DNA of 64,000 nucleotides, taken from Chiloscyllium plagiosum. Its lineage: Eukaryota. Numbering within the stretch: position 1 is the first letter of the stretch; each line of letters opens with the position of its first letter. The notes beneath the pieces are model-generated. The model was given only the letters and a program-made list of their open reading frames with translations. It was not told the origin of the DNA and made no database searches. The stretch is taken from positions 8,276,759 through 8,340,758 of the forward strand of contig NC_057757.1 in the NCBI RefSeq assembly GCF_004010195.1, read 5' to 3'. Both the position numbers and the translations under genes were made by a program. This document shows positions 51,801-64,000 of the stretch, one piece after another.

Positions 51801-52496
51801 TGATTCTAAGTAAGGGCAGGACTTTTACACCTAATTGTCGGGTCCTGAGGAATTTTGCTGAACAAAAACGCCTTGAAGTACAGGTTCATTGTTCTTTAAT
51901 AGTAGAGTCACAAGGAGACAAGGAATTGAAGAAGGCATTTGGTCTGCTTGCTTGTATTTGTCAGTGCATTGAATGGAGGAGTTAGGAGGTTATCTTGCAG
52001 CTGTGCAGGACATTGGTTAGGCCACTTTTGGAATCCTGTGTTCAGTTCTGGTCTCCCAGATACAAAAAAAAGGAACGTGAAAGGCTCAGAAAAGGCTGAG
52101 ACATAAGGTCAGATGAAAACAACCTATTTAAAGTAGTGAATTTTAAACAGGATCTTTAAAAGGAGAAGGAGCTGGGTAATTGGAACGACTTGGAGAAGGA
52201 TTCCAGACATTTAGACAGCTCAGTGGCACATGATTGTCCTCAATTGTCAGGCTTACTGTTGTTTTTCAGTTGCCTTTTCATTTGATTTAATTCTATGAAA
52301 TCTGTAATTCATTTTACCATCACACCAACTGGTAGCATTTACATCACAGCAGAATATCGAACACTTTCATAGATATTTTAACAAGCAAGTCTCACGCCAG
52401 TCCAATAAAACAAAAAAAATCAATGGATGGCCTTGGAACATTTTGAATAGACGAGTGAGAATTTAAATTCAAGTATTTGGAGGACAGTATGCTTGC

Positions 52497-53107
52497 TGTT
52501 ATGGACTAGGCCATACCCCTCAAAAGGTAGCCCACACCGTAACTTTGCTATTTGTTTTACTCGGTGTATAGTGGATATTCCCAGTGCAAATTAGCTGGTT
52601 GACTGCTCAGTTTTAAACAAAAAAGATTTATTTACAAAATTATGGAATAAAACACAAAAAACAGAAAACAGAATACCGGATAACTTATCATAGCCAAAAC
52701 CAACCTAATGATGCTGTTCTGAAAATACTTGCAACAGTCCCAATACACACATCCATGAGCAAAAACAGTGACACATGGCATCTGCAGCTTCCTGTTTCTA
52801 AGGAGAGAGAGAGAGAGAGAGAAAGAGACGCCAGTAGCCTGTTTCACACACCCCCTGCTGCAACTGAAGTGACTAAAGTTCTGAACTGAATTGAACTGCA
52901 CAGCGAGAGAGCTAGCCACTCCCCTTTGATCATGCTTGCAATGTTAGGTCATGAAAGCGTTAAGCTGGAGGTATTATCCATTAGAGGTAAACAGAAAGCC
53001 TCAATGAACTTTTCAAACTTCAGACACGATGGAAGCTAGCCAATCACCCCTTCTCTGAAAAAAACTCAAGAACATAGTAACCTTGTAACAAAACCAGTAT
53101 TGTGACA
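52497..53107 (-). mobile_element. Probable solo LTR
   Basis: About 610-bp unit bounded by TGTTAT...GTGACA (TG..CA), with minus-strand AATAAA and a GA microsatellite. No clear TSD. Confidence 0.45.
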
Positions 53108-53463
53108 CTGTGAAGGTCACTGTGGTCAGTGGCTCATCAGGGAATGGATTTTTTTAGGAAAGCAAGCCAAGGGGCAGACAAAATTAAAACAAAGAAAATG
53201 TACAGAGTTTATAATCTGGTTTCAGGCCAATATGGTGCTGGAATACAAGGGTCTCGTGGTAACAGTGGAATGAATGACTGTTTCACCAATTATGAGCTGA
53301 GGCAGGGATGGTTTTAGCTGTTGTTTTACAGATGGAAACAATAATTCTTGGTGATGATGAAGGTATATTTTTTAATTGATCCCAGGCTCCATTATGAAGC
53401 CACAAGCAGACAGGATTCATCCAGAATCAATTCCTGCTGAGCTCCATGGAGTCAGTGAGAGCC

Positions 53464-53563
53464 TTCTTCATTCCTGAAGAAGGGCTCATGCCCAAAACAT
53501 CGATTCTCTTGCTCTTTGGATGCTGCCTGACCTGCTGCGCTTTTCCAGCAACACATTTTCAGC
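53464..53563 (+). mobile_element. 100-bp Penelope-type terminal fragment with perfect 12-bp TSD
   Basis: tcagtgagagcc at 53452-53463 and 53564-53575. Confidence 0.85.
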
Positions 53564-54291
53564 TCAGTGAGAGCCACTAAACAATTACAAAACACTGACG
53601 ATATCTGGCTTATCTGCCACATCCAACCACATTCCCAAGTTCTGGATCTCATCTGCCACTGAACCCTCTGATTGGGCCTTGGATTCCCCACCAACACTGC
53701 AGCTGATTCGAGGAAAGAAATGAATAAAGAAAAGGAGTGATATCAGCATCAGGTCAGGGTGAACTGAATGGGACCAGACTAAGTATTGCTGAAAATACAT
53801 TTGTAATTAAAGGAGACGGGTTCTTTTACAATGTATTATCCAATCTTTTTATTAGGAAAATTCTTATATTTCTTTTCATTTGCCCAGATGTGTGGATCAG
53901 AGAATTCCGTGAGGGAGAGTGGACAGGAGACTGAAATTGCTTGTCCCATTCTGGCCTGCAGTGAACAATGATACTTTCCTTCAGGCCATTGTTTTTTTTT
54001 TCTATTGAGTTCACTCACTGAGAACTGATTTCTTGGGATGATTTTTTTTCTCTGAGGCATATCTTTTTGTTTTGCTTTAGTTGTTCAGATTTCTCCTATC
54101 TGTTGCTCATTGCTGACAGCACTTGGCGATACTTTGTTCCTGTCATCTCTCCTTTTGCTCCTCAGGTGGAGTGCTCCCTTGCCCATTAGAAACGGAGTGT
54201 TCCCGTGTTGCTGCTCCTCCTTCTCCTTTCAGTCCATTCCTCTCGTGGACTCCTCGTTGCATTTTCTGCTGCTTCTAATGTTGGCTCTCAG

Positions 54292-55163
54292 TTACATGGA
54301 TTTATTGATCAATTGAATTATTTTTATAAGTGGACATTTCATGGCATACATTAACTGGTGGCTGAAAAGTTTCTGCGTCACCACAAAAATCAATGCATTT
54401 GTGCAGCAACTTAAGTCTCGCAACATATATGCGAATTGTTCAAAGAGGTAATAACCAGCGGAATCCAAGGCATGACCAGCATTAAAGGAAAGTGAAATAT
54501 ACTCCAACCAGAGAAGTATGAACTTGGCAGATAGGAAGAGTAAAATCACAGAATTCTATCTCAGGATCATTCTGTATGTTTTTTTGACCTCTCAGTCCTT
54601 TATGCATCTTGATGGCTTCAAAGATATGCCTGATAATCAGCATGTTGATGAAGAGAACAAAAGTAAATGGGAGAAATGGTGTTAAAAATGTTCAAAATAT
54701 TTAAAACTTGTCCACTGAGGCCCATTATAGTATCTGGACGTGGTATGACACTGTCATGGAACACTGTTGATGATCTTTCCAGGTTTAAATTGAAAGTAGT
54801 TGGGAATGTTCTTTATAGAAAATAAAATACTGATAGTTGCTAGAACCCTCATTGCAGTTTTCTCTGTGCAATATTTCGTTTTAATCTGATGAAAACAAAT
54901 GGCGACAAATTGATCAAAAGAAAAAACAGCAGTGAACCAGACAGAACAATCAACGGCCAAGCAGCTCAGGACACAGAGAACACTACAAACAGGAGTGATG
55001 TCCAGAAAACACAGAGGATAATAATAGTATGGAAATCGCCGAAGTATGATATAAAAAACAATGAACAGTAGATCAGATGTTGTCATGGACATCACATAGC
55101 GAGTTCTGCATGTTGAAAGACCACACTTGCCCCAAACTAAGATCAGAATCACCAACAGACTGA
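54292..55163 (-). pseudogene. GPR139-like GPCR pseudogene C, exon 2
   Basis: Acceptor ctccctcacag, then SLLVILILVWGKCGLSTCRTRY...DITPVCS...DCSVWFTAVFSFDQF...TKYCTEKTA. Premature TGA at 54754-54756, frameshifts in TM5/ICL3, TM6-TM7 FILLWL...YMLRDLSCCTNALIF, stop at 54292. Confidence 0.92.
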
Positions 55164-57123
55164 CTGTGAGGGAGAAAATGAAAAACAGACTTGAAGTTAC
55201 TAATCAAACATTCTCTGAGCCTGACCCCAGACTGTAAGTAATGGCAAAAGATAATTGTTGTTTCACGGTTAAAGAATGCAGTTTAAAGAATCTGAATCAT
55301 GGCAGCAAACTTAGTAAATTTTGCACTTTTAAAAGATGCAGGGCAGAACATGTACAACAGATTGCTCACAGAAAGACAGTCATATACTCAAGGTTTTTTT
55401 GGAGGGGGTTGGCAGTGGTTGATATCACCTGATTTATAGGTTACTCAGACTGGCTGGAGTTTCCTATAACATCACAGCATCGACAAAAAAACCCATCCGG
55501 GATCAGTAAAACAATGAATGGGAGTCAACGAACACAGACACTGATTGCAAGATTCCTGTATTCAGCTTTGGAGTCTCTGCATCTCAGATTGCCTCCAGAA
55601 TTGTAGATCCATACTATGTAAATGACAGGGCGATGAATCATTCCACAGTGTCCAGGATTGGATGTCCCCCAAAATATGGATGAAAAATGATCGGGCACTA
55701 AGTCCCTCCCTCATGTACAGGACTAAGCATGCTGACAATCCGATCAATGAAAGTATTCAGCAGGGAACCCCACCACGACGCCCTCGATTTGATACCAACC
55801 ACAATCAGAGGAACTTGAACATTTGACGAGTTCCCCTGCTTGTCCAAGACTGTACAGCACAGCCTCCACCCAAATAAAATCCGAAGCAGTGCAGCATTAG
55901 GTTTTGCAACTTTCTGGTTTAGAAATTAGACAGTTTATCTGGAATGAAGCAAAGCTTTCTGCCTGGTGTTCAGGCTCACACTCCAAATTTCCTCTCTTCG
56001 GTCCTCTCCTTGTGAACGGAAAACCCCCTCCCAGATTCAGAACAATCTGGAACTAGAAACCCCATAGCTTAACTAGCATTGACAATGGTGATCACCAGAA
56101 TTGTACCACAACCTGGTATCAGAGACTGATAATAACATATCGAAGTTGATAGCCAAAAACAAAATAACAATCCCAAATGAATGCACATGGAAGGAACTTC
56201 ACATAGACTATTATTGTTCAGAGAATGGCAACAAAGGGCGATATGGGAAATGCTTGACAAACTAGTTTGATCCTCTATTGGAGAGCAATTGCCATAGCAG
56301 TCCAGATCTCAGTGTTTGTCTAATTAAACACCGCTCCACAGTACTGTGTATCTTTTTACAAAGGGCAAAACTCACATGTCTATTTGACAATCAAATAATT
56401 CAATACACATGATAACTGGAACCCTGTGCTTAACACTCCTTCCAGTTATCTGATCTCACAAACTTTATGACCCCTACACATCCACTGACTGATGAAAGTA
56501 CACAAGTTGGTCAAAGCCATCCGTGCTGACCCCTCCCTTATCACCCCATAATGACCTGCTGAACCCACCTATTGCCCACATTATATCCGTGTTCCCATTT
56601 GGAGCAAGCTGCCTGAGAAAGACCCACCAATAAAATATCTTTACGTCCAGTAATGGGAACACCAGATGTAACTAAGAGGTGGTTGTTACAAAACCCATCT
56701 GACTGAGAAAAGTTTTGGCCTATCACAGGGAAAGTTGTCTTGCTAAACACTTTCTAGGACAATTTAGGGCCAGTACTTAGCCAAACCTCATCAATACAGC
56801 TTCAGTGCAAGCATATTATAGAAAAACAGAACCCAATACAAAGGAACAGACAATGCTGCACATGACTGAGAGTCTCCTAATTGAAAAATTATTCACTTTA
56901 AACTCAGTGAGTGAGGACACTATTGTATGGCATTGATATTTGCCTTGCTAAATGGAAATAATTATCAGTCATAGGTGGAAACTGGTATGAATGAATTCAG
57001 AGATTTATACAACTTAAGTTGTGGATGGCACGGGATGTGGACTTGTTGGGCTGAAGGGCCTGTTTCCACACTGTAATCTAATTGTACAAATGTAATCTAA
57101 CCTAAAGTTGTTACGAGACTTAC

Positions 57124-57191
57124 AAAGAACATCAACAGCAGTAAGGATGGTGTCATATACTTTTATTACTCTTTCCCTTGGAAAAAAGCAT
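57124..57191 (-). pseudogene. GPR139-like GPCR pseudogene C, exon 1 (+1 frameshift in a T6 run; restored MLFPRERVIKVYDTILTAVDVL)
   Basis: aaaATGc start and perfect GTAAGT donor at 57123-57118. Removing one T gives 22 codons + 1 nt, the same length and phase as gene A exon 1, aligning VIKVYDTILTAVDVL with VKQVFYTILAFVGLP. Confidence 0.78.
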
Positions 57192-57799
57192 TTTGTTGTT
57201 CGACAAACAGTGTCTCCTTTCCATCCGATGGCAATCCGTCGGAATTGGAGAATTCTTTCGGAATTGGAGCTGACACAGTTCCAGAGACTTTAGTTTATTC
57301 CACTGGGAAACTGTGATTATACCTTCAATTCTTTATATCATTTTGAACAAACAGATTAATCATGTGATATGTTGATATTTAAGATCATGTTTGAATATTC
57401 CAAAGACTGGATTAATTTGATCCTATTCAGTCTCAAACATTAATTGCAATTTGTCTTCAAACAACAATACTTGCATTATTTCTCTGTCTTATACTTAAAT
57501 TCTTTTGATAGTCTTTTCAGTGATGACCTTCGTTTCTCTGAGGCTATCCAGTCATTCAATGTACATTATTTTGTAGAGCCTCTTCGGAGTTGTTCGACTG
57601 CACATTGTTATCCCACTGCTTTCCTTGTTCATTCAGTTTAACAACTCATTTGGGAAATTCTATCTGTGATTGAGCACTCTAGTGCAGAACCTAAAGCTGG
57701 TACTGACCACAACAGCAGCTGGAGATTAAACTAGGTAATATTTTCTCAAAACAAATGGAAAAGCAAAGAAACAAATTCAGAAACTTAATTTCAGAATTC

Positions 57800-58670
57800 T
57801 AGAATGACAGAACCATGTAAGAACACAAGAGGCCCTTTGGCCCGTCGTGCTTGTCTTGCTAAACTTACACTAAATCTACATCAGTCCCAATTCCCAGCAC
57901 TTGGACCAGAACCTTCAATCTTCAGACATTTCAATTGCTCATCCATTTTTTTTTTGTGACCTTTCCTATCTCACTACCCTCCCAGGCAGTGCATTGCAGG
58001 TCTCTACCATCCTCTAGGAGAGAAGAGTTTTCCCTCATGTGCCCTCTAAACATCCTGTCTTTCTACTTTAAACTATGCCACGTGATTATTGGCTCTTTGT
58101 CTGGAGGGAGCAACTGCATTCGATTCACCCTGTCCATGCTCCTCATAATCTTATACACCCCAAACTCTGCTCTAAAGAAAGCAGCCTGAGCTTATCACAG
58201 TTGTATTGCTGCAGCCTAAGCAACGTTCTGGTGAGTCTCCTTTGCATTCCCTCCAATGCAATCATGTCCTTCCTATGGTGCAGAGATCAGAACTGCACAC
58301 GACACTCCAAATGTGGCTTAAGCAAAGCCCCGTACTGCTCCAACAAGACCTCCCGGCTCTTGTAGTCAATACCTCGACTAGTATAGACACATGTCCTGTA
58401 TGCCTTCTCAACTACCCTATTAACTGCCTTCAGGGTTCTGTAAATAAGCAGCTCAATTTCACTTCCCCATGCTTCCTTGTGTCCGACCATGCATTGAGTA
58501 CCTGCCTTGCCTCGTGAGTTCTGCCGAATCACATCATCTCACATTTATCAGGGTTAAAGTTCATTTGACCAGTCTGTCTTGCTATCTGTAACCTGGGACT
58601 CTTTTCCTCACTGCCCCAGTCAATGTTTGTGTCCTCCACAAACCTCATTATCTCCAACAAATTCAAGAAA
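57800..58670 (-). mobile_element. Old CR1 3' fragment
   Basis: SRGIDYKSREVLLEQYGALLKPHLECRVQF. Confidence 0.8.
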
Positions 58671-59189
58671 TGGGATCCCAGCATGACAAAGTGTCATACA
58701 AAAATACAATGCTGTGGAAACATGAAATCTAAAAGGAAAGCAGAAAGTGCCAGGGAAATTCAGCAACTCGCATAGAACGTGTGGAGAGAAATACAGAGTT
58801 AACCTTTTAAGTCCAATATAACTCTCCAAAACAGAGCTGAAGAGGAGTCATGTAGGATAGAAACATTAGTTATGTTTCTCTCTTCACAGTTACACCAGGC
58901 TTACAGAATTTCTTCCAAACTTTCTGCTCGACAGCAAAGTAACCAGTTTGATTGGCACTAAACCTATAAACATTCAGTCCACCCCCACCAATGTTCAGTG
59001 GCAGCGCTGAGTATCATTGATAATATGCACTGCAGAAATTCACCAATTCTCCTTAGGCAGTATTTTCCAAATCAATGTCAACATCATCCTAAAGACAAAG
59101 GCAATAGATGCATGAGACAAACTCTACTTGCATGGTCCCTTCTCAGCCACTCACCATCCTGACTTGGATATGTATTGTTTCAGTAAGAT

Positions 59190-60930
59190 TGCCATAGTCC
59201 GAGTGAACCATTGGGCTACATTCTCATTAGCGAGACAAAACTGGGCATGAGTTTAACCTGAGGGCCAATGTGTATCGGAAGAAGGTGAAGTTGAGAAGGT
59301 GGGACCTTCTGGTGATCTCAGCCAGAGTGGGAATTGAACCTGTCCAATTTTTACAATCTTGGATAATCCCACTCTCCCCTTCCCTTCACACCACTGGCCA
59401 ATTGTTCATACACTATCAGGACTGCAATGGCACAAAAAAGCAGTAACCACTACATTCTCAACAACAATTAATAGTGGCCCAGCCAACGATGTCCAAGTCC
59501 CCTTAATTAATTAATGAAACACACCAAGATTATGGCTGCCAGAAAATTCAGGCACATTTACAAAAAAAGTGTTGAATGTGTCAACATTTGGCAGATATTT
59601 TCGGATGGATGGTGTGCATGTTTCGATGGGAAGAGGCGTGACCATTGTTGCAATGGAATTCAGTAACTTGCTGAATGCTAAGTTAAAACCATGCTTTAAC
59701 CATGATGACATGCATTGAGCAGAGTACAGCACTGGCTGAACTTTCTTTAAAAAGTTTCTGAACTGTGAATTTTTTCAGACAGCACTATCAGGTAGTGGTT
59801 ACTCCATATAGCAGATCTTAAAATCCCTGCAGTGAAGGGCAGGAATAACTTCTTATAATCCTAAATAATAGTAAAATATGTTGTCAGTCCTTATGTCTCA
59901 GACGTAAATATACCACCAGTGATCCAAGATTGGGCAGCGTTTGTGATCGAGAGGTATAAAATATAGTGCCCGTGCCAACAGTGTAGCAAATTGGTTACTA
60001 TCATTGCAACGAGAGTATGTTGTGCAATCAGGATTGAAGCTGTAATGGTATTTGAAGTGTATAGTTATCTCTGATGTAACTGTCGGATAACACATGTATC
60101 AAGAGAGCACAGTAACTTCCAGAGTAAGCAGTTTCACATTCAAATCGACAATGATTGATTACTGTTTATTAAACAACTGATCTGAAGGAGATGGGGAATG
60201 AGACCTGGGTCAAGCTCAGAATGATCTGTCTGAGAAGAGTTCGCATTACCCGTCCTGTGGGGATAGACTCACTGCCTGTGCTTTGAAACCTCACTTTCCA
60301 GTTGTAAATATTGTCTTCCTAAATTATCTAATGTCATTGTCAACTCATGTTTTCAATGCGATATACACAAAATAAATCATACCTGAGAATATTTCTTAAA
60401 TGACTGCAAATAATGTAACTGTTTAGTCAACCTAATTGACTCCCTGGATGTTAGAATTAGAACTGGAATTAGATTTTCTTATCACATGCACTCAAGTATA
60501 GGAACACCTGAGCACAGTGAAAAGTGCATAAAGTCACCATTTTCTACCACCATCTTGGTTTGGAAACCAAGAAGTTTGCAAAAGTATAGATTCAGTGCCC
60601 TTTGTTGGCCATGCACCAGTCGGAATCTGGAGAATGGGGAAACTGCTATCCAGCTAGGGGGAGTTTCCCTATCTGATTCGTGAAAATGTTGTTCTTCCTG
60701 GTGATTCATGGTTCAGGCCCCAGTGTATTGGAAGAGAGAAGGTGGAAGCCCCACACTCAAAAAGGAGACAGAAAGCAGAAAGAATAGGCCAGTTAGCTGA
60801 ACACGTCACAGGGAAATTGTTGGAGGGTATTATTTAACCAGATACACCAGGACACATTGATTAGTTCAAATTAATCTGGCAGAGTCGACATTGCTTGTGA
60901 TTCGATTGAATTTCTTTGAGGACGTAAAAT
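59190..60930 (+). repeat. Cluster-flank module, copy 3 of 3
   Basis: Colinear with 12460-14440 and 4030-4800. Confidence 0.8.
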
Positions 60931-60989
60931 GATATAACGAAAGTCCAGAGACAATATACTCCTGTTAGGTTGAAAGGTATATTCCTGTT

Positions 60990-62945
60990 CGATGCAGGGA
61001 ATGCTGGATGATGAGAGAAATTGAGGTTTTGATGAAGAGAAAGAAGGAAGCATATATCAGGTATAGACGACAGATTGAGTGATTCCTTAGAAGACTATAA
61101 AAACAGTAGTAGTATACTTAAAGGGGAACTGAGGATGGCAAAAAGGGAACATGACATAGCTTTGGCAAATAGGGTTAAGGAGATTCTAAAGGGATTCTAT
61201 AAATACATTAAGGAGAAAAAGGTACAGAGAGAATAGGGCCCCTTAAAGATCACCATATATGTGAAGCACTGCAGGAGATGGGGGAGATATTCAACAAATA
61301 TTTTACATCAGTATTTACTGTGGAGAAGGGCATGGAAGATCTGGAATGTGGGAAGGTGGCACGGTGGCTCAGTGGCTAGCACTGCCACTTGCAGCACCTG
61401 GGACCTGGGTTCGATTCCAGAATTGGACAGACTGCTTGTGTGGACTTTGAACATTCTGCTCGTGTCTGCATGGGTTTCCTCTGAGTGCTCCAAAAATCCA
61501 AAGATGTGCACGTTTGGGTAAATTGACAATGCTAAATTGACCATAGTGTTCAGACATGTGCAGGTTAGGGTACATTGGCCATGCTAAATTGCCCATAGTG
61601 TTCAGAGATGTGTAGGTTAGGTGCATTAGTCAGTGGGAAATGTAGCATAATAGGCTGGGGATGAGACTGGGTGGATTACTCTTTGAAGGGTCTGTGTGAA
61701 CTTGTTGGGCCAAACGGCCTGTTTTCACACTGTAGGGATTCTTTGAAATAGATGGGAACATTTTGAGAGAAGTCCATATTTCAGTGGAGGAGATGCTCAA
61801 TGTCTTGAAATGATAAAAATGGATATATCCCAAGAACCTGATCAGATGTGCTCTAGAACTCTTTGGGAAACTAGGGAAGCGATTGCAGAGTCCTTGCTGA
61901 GATATCTAGATCATTGACAGTCACAGGTGAGGTGCTGGAAGACTGGAAACTGCGTCTAACATGGTGCCACTGTTTAAGTAAGGTGGTAAGGAAAAGCTAG
62001 GGAACTATAGACCAGTGAGCCTGACATTGGTGGTGGGCAAGTTGTTGGAGGGAATCTTGAGGGACAGGATTTACATGTATTTGGAAAGGCAAGAACTGAC
62101 TAGGGATAGTTAGCATGTTGTTTGCATGGGAAATCATGTCTCACTAACTCAATTGAGTATTTTGAAGAAGTAACCAAGAGGATTGATGTGGACAGAGTGA
62201 TGGACGTAATCTATAAGGACTGCAGTAAGGCATTTGACAAGGTTCCTCAAGGTAGACTGATCAGTAAGGTTAGATCTCATGCAACACAGGGAGAATTGGC
62301 CATTTGGACACAGAACTGGCTCAAACGTAGAAGACAGAGGGTGGTGGTGGAGGGTTGCCTTTCAAACTGGAGGCCTGTGAACACTGGTGTGCTACAAGGA
62401 TCAATATTGGGTCCACTGCTTTTTGTCATTTATATAAATGATTTGGTTGTGAACATTAGAGATACAATTAATAAGCTTGTAGATGACACCAAAATTAGAG
62501 GTGTAGTGGACAGCAAAAAGGTTACCTCAGCTTACAACGGGATCTTGACTGGATGGGCCAACGGGCTGAGGAGTGGCAGATGGAGTTTAATTTAGATAAA
62601 TGTCAGGTGCAGCATTTTGGAAGGACAAATCAGAGCAGGACTTATACACTTAATGGTCCCGTCCTGGGGAGTGTTGATGAACAAAGTGACCTTGCAACAG
62701 AAGGAGACTTTTATTTTCGAAACATATTCTGGGACTGGATGGGAGGATTTTGTTAGGTGTGTTCAAGAAAACTTTCTCAATCAGCATGTAGATGGTCCTC
62801 TGAGAGAAGGGGCAAAACTCAACCTCCTCTTGGGAAATAAGGCAGGGCAAGTGACAGAGACATACATAAAGAAGGAATTACCATAATTCTATTTGTTTTA
62901 AAATAGGGATGGAAAAGAATATGCCTGACCTACAAGTTAAAGTTA
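60990..62945 (+). mobile_element. CR1 ORF2 fragments (RT to about 62700, then a separate endonuclease fragment) carrying a nested SINE
   Basis: HGKSCLTNSIEYFEEVT...KAFDKVP...GVLQGSILGPLLFVIYINDL; then FVRCVQENFLNQHVDGPLREGAKLNLLLGN. Confidence 0.9.
61352..61742 (+). mobile_element. HE1-like SINE nested in CR1, with an internal ~52-bp duplication
   Basis: ggcacggtggctcagtggctagc head; atgctaaattg(a/c)ccatagtgttcaga..tgtg.aggttag occurs twice. Confidence 0.88.
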
Positions 62946-63599
62946 TTTGGAGATGACTGTAGGGTTCATTCACTATCTGAATATTACAGCCTGGAAGTGT
63001 GATTAGTAGAGTTTATTTCCCGGTCTTTGGTATTGTATATGAGAATGAGGTTCTGTCTGCACTTAGGTCTCTTTTATTCTTCACATGTTTAATTGATTAT
63101 ATTCATATATGTAATGTTTAATTTGTGTTTGTAATATATCTATAATATTGTATAACTAGTTTTCTATGTGGCATGTCAATTAAACATAACCAGAACTCTT
63201 TGAGAATATCTGTTTTCATTAAGTAAGTTGCAAGCCTTCTGAACATGGAACAAACCGACTGGATGTAAAACAGAAAATGCTGCAAAAACTCAGACAGCAG
63301 CTGTGAAGAAAAAAGCAAAATGAACATTTCTGGTCAATGACATTTCATAAGGGGAAATGTCTTAGTATTTCCAGGAGTCTCTGTTTTTATTTAAGGTTCA
63401 CAATATCTGGTGTATAAGCTTTTAAAATTATAATTCTCCGTAAGTTATTATTCAATTGATTGCTGTGGGTTACTACTGAGATACTAACATAGTCCTTTTC
63501 GATGTTATAGTCGATGTGACTTGGAGACTGATTTGTACACAGACCAGCTTGGAGAGAACTGGAAATGGGTTCTTTCTCTTTTGCTCTGTTTGAGTGTTA

Positions 63600-63990
63600 G
63601 AATAAAAGTAGGTCACTGGAACGTGGGATTAGAGTGGGACTGAACACTGTCTCTGTCTGAGCCTGTGGGATTGTGAACCTCTGAGAGTGATAACGTACCG
63701 ACTGTGCGTGAGAAAGATCTACTTGCGCTGCTCCTTGTATTCCAGGTGGAAGGCGGAAGGATGAGCAGAAGGGAAAGTCTATGATGGGGTAGAGGGCAAG
63801 AGAAACTTAGATGACAGAGTGACAATCATGACCAAAATGGTGCAAGAATAAGGGTGGGAGTGAAATGGGAGAGAGAAGAAGCAAACCATAGGGTGTGAAT
63901 GACAGGATCCTCACTAACTGTCAACTGAAAGCAATTAAAACAAAAGAAAATGGTGCCAGAGAAAACAAAGAGAGCTACTCAGTCATTTCC
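63600..63990 (-). mobile_element. Old Penelope-like 3' fragment
   Basis: The minus strand resembles the end of the GIY-YIG ORF followed by a pyrimidine-rich terminal region. Confidence 0.5.
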
Positions 63991-64000
63991 CCATCATTGT

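Noticed and set aside
56069..56260. Alternative exon 1 candidate for pseudogene C
   Set aside because: Poor similarity to the other first exons and a weak donor; 57124-57191 fits length, phase and donor far better.

Overview
Repeat-rich vertebrate genomic DNA, most likely from a cartilaginous fish (shark). This is inferred from the HE1-type SINEs, the shark-type CR1/Penelope/Tx1 retroelements and the GPCR family present. The window contains two 500-N scaffold gaps. The main feature is part of a tandem cluster of two-exon, GPR139/GPR142-like class A GPCR genes. It has one intact gene (+; exons 15734-15800 and 17182-18194; 359 aa spliced), two full two-exon pseudogenes (-; 37425-41029 and 54292-57191) and a small TM7 relic (about 18970-19040). 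Direct and inverted segmental duplications of flanking DNA point to more copies beyond both window ends. The rest is mostly transposons: a near full-length CR1 with an esterase ORF1, many CR1 fragments, Tx1 fragments, Penelope fragments (several with clean TSDs), a Gmr1-type Gypsy pol (integrase before RT), HE1 SINEs and a probable solo LTR. There are also four minisatellite arrays, a CpG island built from a 66-bp YY1/GC-box repeat and a tRNA-Gln(CTG) pseudogene. Repeat boundaries were set by eye and are approximate; no searches were run.
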